A stretch of DNA of 51,890 bases from a virus (taxonomy: Duplodnaviria > Caudoviricetes). The stretch is from positions 1-51,890 of the IMG/VR virus record IMGVR_UViG_3300010413_000050; one strand, 5' to 3'. Under the pieces are notes generated by a model. The model was given only the letters and a program-made list of their open reading frames with translations, ran no database searches and had not been told where the DNA came from. Below, in pieces: positions 44,769-51,890 of this stretch (position 1 is its first letter; the number at the start of each line of letters is the position of its first letter). Position numbers and translations under genes: made by a program.

Positions 44769-45820
44769 TCAACCCTCTCTAAAGTCTCCGTGCAGCGGCA
44801 GCCCGGATGTGCTTCTTCGCCCGGCATCTCTACTGCTCCGATGTACATGCTCTCATAAGGCTCGTTCAGCTTCGCCGTCTTGCCGTCCAACTCCAAACAG
44901 ATTTCACATGGAGCCTCGGGGTTCCCCGACGGCCCGGCGCTCAACCAGCGCCGCTGTACTTCGGGCAACGCGCCCGACTCCTGCGCAACGCGCCAGGCAT
45001 CGTTCCGTCCCTGCGCCTGCGCGGTTATCGTCTCGGTCCTCGCGATCATCTGCGCGCGCTTCCCGAGCAGCTCGTCGCGATACCTCGCGCCCTTCTCCTG
45101 TACCTCGGTCTCGCTGAACCCCGCCGTCCTCAACGCCTCCTTGCGGTTGACCACGGCCTTGTTCCATCGTTTCGTCAGCCCGACGTTCTCCTTGATCTCG
45201 TCGAACACCTCCTCGGCCCGCAGGCCGCGCTCGAACGAGTCCGCGAGGATGTCCGTCACCACCTCGCGCTGACTTTTCGAAATCTCGCGGATCAAATGCG
45301 TCGACCGCTCCTCCATCCACTTCACGCTGTACGGGTTCACCGGAACCATCATTCCCCGCGCGGCCGCGGCGACGTCCTCCCGCGCCTTCACTACCTCGGT
45401 CTTCTCGGGCACCGGCTCGGGGTCGACGGAAAACCAAACCTTCGTCTTGAACTTCTTGTTCATGCGCTCGGCCGCGTCGCGCCCGGCCTCGGTCATCACC
45501 GTCGAGTACGCCCGCAGAATCTTCTCGCGAAAGCTCTCCCAGATCGGCGACTCCTCGTCCTGCGCCGTGGGTACCGCCTCGAGCACCTGTACCGGCGACC
45601 CCGTGCGGACCGCGCGCTTCAAGTCTCGCTCGACCTTCGCCGTGTCGAACATTTCCCGAAGCGCCGCGAGGAACGCACGCGCGAACGCGCCCTCGTGCTT
45701 CGCCGCTATCTTGTAGGCGTCACGCCCCTCGGGCGTTCCCGGGTCAGGCTTGTACCACTTCTGTCTTCGGCGCTTGAAGATGCGGACGTACTTGTATTGC
45801 TCGATGAAAGCCACGCTCAC
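44765..45820 (-). CDS. MuF/SPP1 gp7-like minor head protein
   Basis: RAQMIARTE..RRW..CEICLELDGK..HPGCRC; GTGA overlap with the portal stop. Confidence 0.88.
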   Translation of the reverse strand: MSVAFIEQYKYVRIFKRRRQKWYKPDPGTPEGRDAYKIAAKHEGAFARAFLAALREMFDTAKVERDLKRAVRTGSPVQVLEAVPTAQDEESPIWESFREKILRAYSTVMTEAGRDAAERMNKKFKTKVWFSVDPEPVPEKTEVVKAREDVAAAARGMMVPVNPYSVKWMEERSTHLIREISKSQREVVTDILADSFERGLRAEEVFDEIKENVGLTKRWNKAVVNRKEALRTAGFSETEVQEKGARYRDELLGKRAQMIARTETITAQAQGRNDAWRVAQESGALPEVQRRWLSAGPSGNPEAPCEICLELDGKTAKLNEPYESMYIGAVEMPGEEAHPGCRCTETLERVE

Positions 45821-47259
45821 GCGCTCCGCGGCAGGACGTTCCCGCAGCTCGGACACTTCTTCGGGCTGCCGCCGTACGCCTCGCCACACATCGGACAGTA
45901 CCTCACCGGCGGCCCCTTGCTCGGCACCCCTCCAGGAATCACCTTCGACGTGCGCGCCTTCTGCGTCGGCTCGTCGCTCCCCTCCTCCTTCTCGGGCATC
46001 GGCAACCCCGCTATCTCGAACACCTTGCGCTGCAACGCCTCGCGGTTCTCCGGCAACAAGTCCGTCACCGCAAGCGCCTGCAAGAACGCTCCGAGGTCGG
46101 CCAGCGGTAAGCTCTCGATGTCGCCGTGCACTAACGTCGGCCAAAGCTCGCGCTTGACGCCGTTCGCCTCCATCAACCGCCCGATACCGTACCGCGTGAA
46201 CGTCGACGCGATGCTCCCGAGGTACGCGCCGATCGCTACGCCGAACAGCTCCGTCTGACTCGACGCCAACGCCCACGACCCGACGCTCCCCGTGCCGAGC
46301 TGAAGAAATTGCGCGAGCACGCTCTGAAGAATCGAGTTCTTGTAGTAGGTCTTCACCTTGTCGGTGTCGAACTGCCGCGAACCTCCGGACGTCAATAGCT
46401 TGAACTTGTACCCGGTCGGCTTGTTCTCCTCGTCGACCTCCGGGGGAACGATCGCATACTCACGCTCGTCTCGTCGCACCTGCGCCATCAACGTCTGCAA
46501 CGCAACGACCTGCGCCTTGTCCTCGGCGCTCGCGTCCGGGGAGAGCATCCGTATCGGCACCTCCATCACCGGAAACCCTGCGAGGTCGCGCTCGATACCT
46601 ATCGCCTCGATCTCCGAAATGCGCTTGAGATAAAACCAATCAATCACCGCGTTCCGATACAGGCTCCGGCCCTGCGGGTTGCCCTTCGTCGTCGTCGTCC
46701 GGAACAGCAACGACTTCTCGATCGGCACGAACGCCGACTTCGCGCTGCTCGGGTGCTGCTGATGCATCCCCCTCAACCCGCCGTCCTCGTCGAACTCCCA
46801 ACGATCGAGCGTGTCCTGCGCGCGCAGCGCGAGCTTGCGCCAGCCGATCTTCCCGTCGTCGAACGCCGAGCGCTGCGCCGCGTCCCGCGCGTCCGGTCCA
46901 CGCCTCACCTTGTACACCTCCTCGAACAACGCCCAGCCGTACTTGAACATGCTCAGGACCTCGGTGATGAAATCCTCGAACGTGTGGCTCATGTCGGTGA
47001 TGCAGCCCTCGACGAACTCGGCCTGGTCCCGCGCCTCCTTGCTCGGCTCGCTCGGCTCAACGCGCCAGTCGACTTGTCGCACTAGCGCTTCGAAAAGATA
47101 CTGAATCGCGCCGATGGTCGACGAGTTGTCGCTCATCTCGCGATAGATCTTCTGGCCGAAGTCGCCGCGCAGCTTGAGGTGGAACTCCTCGTCGATGATT
47201 CCCCCGAACTGCTTCAGACCACTGAACCCGAGCGTCTTGAAATCAACCTTCTTCGGCAT
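45817..47259 (-). CDS. Portal protein (DUF935-like) with C-terminal zinc ribbon
   Basis: YGWALFE, NPQGRSLYR, EAIGIERDLAGFP, GSWALA; ends CPMC..CPSC. Confidence 0.9.
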   Translation of the reverse strand: MPKKVDFKTLGFSGLKQFGGIIDEEFHLKLRGDFGQKIYREMSDNSSTIGAIQYLFEALVRQVDWRVEPSEPSKEARDQAEFVEGCITDMSHTFEDFITEVLSMFKYGWALFEEVYKVRRGPDARDAAQRSAFDDGKIGWRKLALRAQDTLDRWEFDEDGGLRGMHQQHPSSAKSAFVPIEKSLLFRTTTTKGNPQGRSLYRNAVIDWFYLKRISEIEAIGIERDLAGFPVMEVPIRMLSPDASAEDKAQVVALQTLMAQVRRDEREYAIVPPEVDEENKPTGYKFKLLTSGGSRQFDTDKVKTYYKNSILQSVLAQFLQLGTGSVGSWALASSQTELFGVAIGAYLGSIASTFTRYGIGRLMEANGVKRELWPTLVHGDIESLPLADLGAFLQALAVTDLLPENREALQRKVFEIAGLPMPEKEEGSDEPTQKARTSKVIPGGVPSKGPPVRYCPMCGEAYGGSPKKCPSCGNVLPRSA

Positions 47260-47275
47260 GTGCTGTCCCTTCTCG

Positions 47276-48682
47276 CTATGCGCTGGCCCGCGCGAAATCC
47301 GTCGGCCGCGTCCTCGTCCCCTCAAGCGGTATCACAATATTCGAAACCGAACGCCGCGACAACCGCGAAAGCGCCATCGTCATCGCGTCAACCTGGTCGT
47401 CGTTCTTCGCGTTCGGAAAGCTGATCGCCTCGTGCAAGAAATCTCGCATCCACGGCTTGCCCTCGGGTAGATACACGTTCCCCGCCTCGATGAGCCCGCT
47501 CACCGCGATGAGCCGCGCCTCCTTGCTGCCCCTCGGCGGGATGCCGACCACGCCGTCAAGCTCGCTCTTCAACGTCGCTATTACCGCCTCACCGTTCGCC
47601 GCCTTCTCGACGATCTTCTCGCGCGCCTTCGGGTGCTTCGCCGACATGCCGCGGATCGCGTCCAGCGTCCCGGGGAAGTCGACCTTCATCCGGAACTGGT
47701 CGACGAGGTAATAGTTCGGCCGCGTGTACCCCCACACCTGCCCGACGACGTAGGACGTGCCCACCGTGAACGTGAGGTCCCAGGACTGAATGACGCGCGA
47801 GAACGTCGGCGGCTCGCGGTACCACTTGAACCAGTCGCGCTTGAGCACGCCGCCCTCCGGCGGCGCGGGGTGCTGCTGATACAGACCGCTGAACAAGTAC
47901 GTGCCCATGCCCTCCCCGGGCGCCGAACGAATCCTCTCGAGCGCTTCACGGTCGAACCGCTCGGGGCATAGCGGCGCGCCAGGCTCGCGACCGAGCGGGT
48001 CGTCGTCCTCGGCCAGCGCCGGCAACGCGACGAGCTCCCAGTCGTCCGCGTGCTCGTTCACGAGATACCCGGTGAGGTCCTCCTCGTGCCAGCGCGTCAT
48101 TATGATCACGATGCTCCCGCCCGGCTCGAGCCGCGTGTACAGGTCCGCGTTGAACCGCTCGACAATCTTCCGACGGATGGTCGGCGAGCTCGCCTCCTCC
48201 CAGTCCTTATGTGGGTCGTCGATGATTATCAGGTCGCCGCCTCGGCCAGTGATCCCGCCCTGCGCGCCGGCGGTCTTCATCCCGCCGCCCTCTACCGTCT
48301 CCCAGTCGTCCTCGCGCGACTTGGCCCGGGACACCTTCGTCACGAGCAGCGGGTTGCGCTCGAACTCCTCGCGCACCTTCCGGCCCCACCCCGCGGCGAA
48401 GCTGTCCGCGTACGACGTGAGCAGCACGCGGCGCTCGGGAAACCACTCGAGGAACCACGTCGGAAGCCAGTGCGAGAACGACTCCGACTTGCCGTGTCGC
48501 GGCGGGGCGTTGATGATTATCCGCGCGCCGCCGTGGAGGATGCTCGGCTGTATCGCGCGGAGCAGCGCGTCGAGCCAGCGGTACGGCTTCCACGCGCCGC
48601 CTGACGCCTTCGCCGCGAACCGAGGCAAGACCATCCTCCAACTGTATCGAAGCGCGTCAGCGCGCGACAGGGCGGCGCTCAT
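47276..48682 (-). CDS. terL: Terminase large subunit
   Basis: Walker A APPRHGKS, Walker B IIIDDPHK, MTRWH; nuclease SWD..EK.ANG..DDQVDA. Confidence 0.96.
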   Translation of the reverse strand: MSAALSRADALRYSWRMVLPRFAAKASGGAWKPYRWLDALLRAIQPSILHGGARIIINAPPRHGKSESFSHWLPTWFLEWFPERRVLLTSYADSFAAGWGRKVREEFERNPLLVTKVSRAKSREDDWETVEGGGMKTAGAQGGITGRGGDLIIIDDPHKDWEEASSPTIRRKIVERFNADLYTRLEPGGSIVIIMTRWHEEDLTGYLVNEHADDWELVALPALAEDDDPLGREPGAPLCPERFDREALERIRSAPGEGMGTYLFSGLYQQHPAPPEGGVLKRDWFKWYREPPTFSRVIQSWDLTFTVGTSYVVGQVWGYTRPNYYLVDQFRMKVDFPGTLDAIRGMSAKHPKAREKIVEKAANGEAVIATLKSELDGVVGIPPRGSKEARLIAVSGLIEAGNVYLPEGKPWMRDFLHEAISFPNAKNDDQVDAMTMALSRLSRRSVSNIVIPLEGTRTRPTDFARASA

Positions 48683-49167
48683 GCCTCGACACCTTCGGCC
48701 GCCGTGGCGATGACGTCGGCCGCCTGAACCACGTTCTCATCGAGCAGGAGCGCGCGGAGCTGCTCGCGCTGCGCGGCGAACGACATCTCGACCTTCCCCT
48801 CGACGATGCGCCGCTCGACGAAATCACCGTTCATCTTCCCGAGCACCTCGAGCGCCCGCACACGGCTCGAGAACTTCGCCATCGGGTTCAAAGCAATATC
48901 GGTCAAAAGCTTTTCGCGTTCACGTCTCGTGAGCGCGTGGACGGTTGCCCGCTCGTCGCGAATGCGCAAAATCTCGGCGACGACCCACGGTTTTCGGAGA
49001 AGCTCGTTGCCGATGGCCTGGAACGATTTGGCTGTAGTGCCGTTGTAGCCAGCCATCCTCGCGGCCTTGGTGGCGTCGGCGTCGGCCTCGCCAAGGTACG
49101 CTTTTACAAAAGCCCGCTGCTTCTCGGAAAGGTCCTGTGAGGGGCCTCGTTTTTTTGGAGCGGCCAT
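48679..49167 (-). CDS. terS: Terminase small subunit
   Basis: LSEKQRAFVKAY..ATKAARMAGY..LLRKP..ALEVLGK; directly upstream of terL. Confidence 0.9.
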   Translation of the reverse strand: MAAPKKRGPSQDLSEKQRAFVKAYLGEADADATKAARMAGYNGTTAKSFQAIGNELLRKPWVVAEILRIRDERATVHALTRREREKLLTDIALNPMAKFSSRVRALEVLGKMNGDFVERRIVEGKVEMSFAAQREQLRALLLDENVVQAADVIATAAEGVEA

Positions 49168-49174
49168 AGGTAGA

Positions 49175-49203
49175 AGTCTAAGTGGAAAGAGCGGGATTTT
49201 CAA
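49175..49203 (-). promoter_or_regulatory. sigma70-type promoter for the structural arm, probably leaderless terS mRNA
   Basis: TTGAAA-17 nt-TAGACT, 7 nt before ATG 49167; no SD sequence. Confidence 0.6.
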
Positions 49204-49298
49204 GTATTTACGGAAAATGCCGGAGTTTGTAGAGTAAATAAGATAAGACAAGGCCGAACGGAGAAGGGAAAAACGGGGACTCGATCAGAATTTTATCC

Positions 49299-49522
49299 AA
49301 ACGTAACACCGTAACACCCGGGGTGTTACGTTTCGTGTTACGCCTCCGAGGCGCGCGGCAGGCGGCCGAGAACCGATTCGTAACGCTGTAACAGGATTTC
49401 TATATTACCTAATGCGTGGGCGGACGCGCACGCGGGCGCGCGTAGTAGTACGTCATGGACGTCCATGGCCCCTCCGCGCGAGCTATAATAAGAAAAGAAA
49501 ATAAGGGGCTGTTACTGTTACG
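49299..49522. repeat. GTAAC/GTTAC iteron cluster with palindrome (candidate origin or pac region)
   Basis: About 8 GTAAC/GTTAC units in both orientations; CGTAACACCC-G-GGGTGTTACG at 49310-49330; A-rich tract about 49485-49504. Confidence 0.65.
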
Positions 49523-49548
49523 GTCGGGAGCCGAAGCATTATTTTTTC

Positions 49549-49577
49549 TTGACCTCCGCCGCGGACGGTGGTATTGT
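49549..49577 (+). promoter_or_regulatory. sigma70-type promoter for the replication arm
   Basis: TTGACC-17 nt-TATTGT with TG extension and T-rich upstream tract. Confidence 0.7.
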
Positions 49578-49584
49578 CTCTGTT

Positions 49585-49684
49585 CATGACACGGAAGCTC
49601 AGTAATCATTAAGGTTTTCGGATTCCCGCGGCGGGGAGTTCAAGGGTCAATTTCGGCCTACCGTGTCATGCTCCCCGCCGCGGG
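49585..49684 (+). promoter_or_regulatory. Structured 5' leader (pseudoknot plus 8-codon uORF) of the primase gene
   Basis: 49585-94 pairs with 49661-70 (10 bp); 49625-38 pairs with 49671-84 (14 bp); uORF 49586-49612. Confidence 0.5.
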
Positions 49685-49708
49685 CGCCGGCCTGATCGGA
49701 GAACTGAC

Positions 49709-51890
49709 GTGCGGACCAGTCTCACTTTCACGTACTACAAAACGGCGTTCACAAACCAAGGACAATCGATATCGCGATCATGGGAAACATGGCGCGACGT
49801 TCTTTCGAAACATGAAATCAGAGGAAAACCGTCCGATCGCGCCGCCTCGAAAGACGTTCTCGACAAACAGAAAGACGGCCCGGCACTCGTTTTTGGCCAC
49901 ATCCCCCCACATCTCCCCCGATCGAAGCACAACACCCAATTCGCCGACGCACTCGTCCTCGACCTCGACGGGCTCGACGATCGCGCGCTCGAAAAAGTCC
50001 TAGAACGTCTTCGTCCCTTCGAGTTCGTCGTGTACTCCTCATATACTCACGGCGCCGACATCGCCCGCGGACTCTGGAAGCTCCGCGTCGTCGCGCCGCT
50101 TGCGGTCTCGGTGCCTCGGGCCGACTTCCCAAAGGTATGGTTCGCCTGGAACAACTTCACGTTTCGCTCGACCGATCCCGCGACCAAAGACGTCTCGAGG
50201 CTCTACTACCTCCCGGCGACCTTCGATCCCACCCTCGCCGTGACGTTCCACAACGAAGGGCGCTGGCTCGACCCTTGGAAAGACCTGCCCGTTCAGGCCG
50301 TAGCGGCTCAAGACAGCCCCGGCGAGAGCCCCGCGCTGATCCGCATCCGCAAGGGACTGCAACGCGCCGAGGGGGTGTTAGACAAGGACAAGCCCGCCTT
50401 CAAGGCCCTCGCCGACGGGCTCCCTTTTGCCGAGCCCGACAGCGAGAAACGCCACATCGACATGAGAACCATGACCTGGTGGCTTGCCGACCGCGACTCC
50501 TGCCTCTCCCGTGCCTCGATCAACGCCATCTTCGGCCCGTCGATCTCCACGATGCTCGAGCAGGCGTCCGACGCGCCGACGCTCGATCAGGTCTGGTCGG
50601 CATACGAGACCGCGGTCGAGAAGCTCGCCGACGAACGCGAGACCCGAGCTCGCGCCGTGCAGCGCAAGCACGCCGGCGACGCCTACTCCGCCGAGGAGCT
50701 CGAGCGCATCGCCGAGAAGCAGGGCTGGACGATGGAGAAGCTCTCGAGGTTGTGGGTGGTACAAAAAGACGGCGCCGCGTGGTTCCTCGATGAGAACGGA
50801 GAGTATCGAGGCCCGTTCGGCCGCGACGACCTTCTCATGGCGTGTCGTCGGTTTCTACCTCGTACCGAGGCGCGGCTTGTAGAAATCACCCGTGCGGGCG
50901 CCAAGCCTCGCGCCCCGGCGACGGTGATGGCGGAGGTCGGGACGCTCGCGAACAAAGTGGTCTGCGACCTGACCGCGCAGTACACCCGGTTCAACGCCGA
51001 CTCGGGGACGATGTTCGAGGCGACCGCGCCGGTCCGGACCGACCTCGAGCCCCGGTATCACGAGAAGGTCGACAAATGGCTGCAAGTGCTCGGAGGTAGA
51101 CACTACGAGAAGTTGAAGGCGTGGCTCGCGGTCCTGCCCGACTTGAACAGGATGCTTTGCGCGATCTACTTCGACGGCCCGAAAGGCGTGGGCAAGTCGA
51201 TGTTCGCCCGCGGAGCCTCGGCGCTGTGGTCAGAGACCGCGACCCCCGGCGACATTGAGCTCTTTCTCGGGTCGTTCAACGATACCGTGGCCATGTGCCC
51301 GTTGATATTCGCCGACGAGGACCTCCCAAAGCATGCGACGAGGGACGTCACAGCGAAGTTGAGGGAGGAGCTCGCGAAGACCTCGCGACAGCTCAAGAGA
51401 AAGTTCCGGCACCCGGCCGAGATGCGAGGGGCGATCCGGCTGACGCTCGCGGCGAACAACGAGCTTTTGATCGCCGTGCAAAAGGCGATGACGCCGAACG
51501 ACCTCGAGGCGTTCGCCGAGCGGTTTTTGTACATCCGGATTCCCGACGAGATGAAGGACTACTTCAAGGGCTGGGAGCGGCGCGAGGTCGAGCGGATGAT
51601 CGTGCGCGACATTGCCGAGCACGCGCTGCACCTCCACGCGACGATCGCGGTCGAGGATTCCGAGTCGCGGTTCGCCGTGAAGGGCGACGTCGACGACATC
51701 CATCAACTATTTCTGACGAGCGGGCAGATCAACGGTCTTGTTTGCGAGTGGCTCGTGAAGTTCTTGATGAACCCCACACCATACAACCGGGAGAGCAACA
51801 CGGCAGGGCTCGTGAGGTGCGATGCGAAGGAGCAGCGGCTTTTGGCGAACCCGCAGGGCATCGCGGACAACTGGTCTTCGTACATCAAAG
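49709..51890 (+). CDS. AEP-type primase(-polymerase) fused to SF3 helicase (about 849 aa including the wrap to 512)
   Basis: Read manually because the ORF track misses it (no stop before the window end). GTG after GGAGA; LVLDLD, YSSYTH, KLRVV, DVSRLYYLP; Walker A GPKGVGKS, Walker B IFADE, motif C LTLAANN. Confidence 0.9.
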   Translation, partial: MRTSLTFTYYKTAFTNQGQSISRSWETWRDVLSKHEIRGKPSDRAASKDVLDKQKDGPALVFGHIPPHLPRSKHNTQFADALVLDLDGLDDRALEKVLERLRPFEFVVYSSYTHGADIARGLWKLRVVAPLAVSVPRADFPKVWFAWNNFTFRSTDPATKDVSRLYYLPATFDPTLAVTFHNEGRWLDPWKDLPVQAVAAQDSPGESPALIRIRKGLQRAEGVLDKDKPAFKALADGLPFAEPDSEKRHIDMRTMTWWLADRDSCLSRASINAIFGPSISTMLEQASDAPTLDQVWSAYETAVEKLADERETRARAVQRKHAGDAYSAEELERIAEKQGWTMEKLSRLWVVQKDGAAWFLDENGEYRGPFGRDDLLMACRRFLPRTEARLVEITRAGAKPRAPATVMAEVGTLANKVVCDLTAQYTRFNADSGTMFEATAPVRTDLEPRYHEKVDKWLQVLGGRHYEKLKAWLAVLPDLNRMLCAIYFDGPKGVGKSMFARGASALWSETATPGDIELFLGSFNDTVAMCPLIFADEDLPKHATRDVTAKLREELAKTSRQLKRKFRHPAEMRGAIRLTLAANNELLIAVQKAMTPNDLEAFAERFLYIRIPDEMKDYFKGWERREVERMIVRDIAEHALHLHATIAVEDSESRFAVKGDVDDIHQLFLTSGQINGLVCEWLVKFLMNPTPYNRESNTAGLVRCDAKEQRLLANPQGIADNWSSYIK
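51747..51890. repeat. Terminal direct repeat, copy 2 (circular assembly overlap)
   Basis: Identical to 1-144. Confidence 0.97.

Noticed and set aside
44807-46258. Long antisense or alternate-frame ORFs (also 6667-7692, 6708-7826, 37132-38382, 17887-18909, 50137-50793)
   Set aside because: Arg/Pro-rich shadow ORFs expected in high-GC DNA, overlapping well-supported genes and lacking motifs or RBS.

Overview
The window is a complete, circularly assembled genome of a GC-rich tailed phage with a contractile tail. It has about 51,746 bp of unique sequence; bases 1-144 recur at 51747-51890, inside the primase-helicase gene. Two arms diverge from a control/origin region at about 49.2-49.7 kb. The + arm (49709 through the junction to 17849) carries an AEP primase/SF3 helicase, Cas4-like nuclease, SF2 helicase, SSB-like protein, family A DNA polymerase, RuvC-like resolvase, HTH and ASCH proteins, a pyrimidine-dimer glycosylase, a membrane-anchored lytic transglycosylase and many small hypotheticals. 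The - arm (49167 to 17800) carries terminase, portal, MuF, head, neck, sheath/tube, tape measure, baseplate and several fibre genes. I found no integrase, CRISPR array or reverse transcriptase. Main candidates for new biology: (1) a 1199-aa protein in the prohead-protease slot that fuses a Pol-beta-like nucleotidyltransferase, an ATP-dependent ligase, a Cys-less UDG-family domain and a LigD-type 3'-phosphoesterase to an XkdF-type protease, with a recurring hydrophobic-x-K-(A/S/Q) motif at each domain junction, suggesting a self-processed, virion-packaged repair kit; (2) a consensus sigma54 promoter with tandem palindromic enhancer-like sites directly behind a stand-alone Fis-type HTH gene; (3) tRNA-like mini-RNAs and a pseudoknotted primase leader with a uORF. 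All assignments come from reading motifs by eye; no database searches were run.
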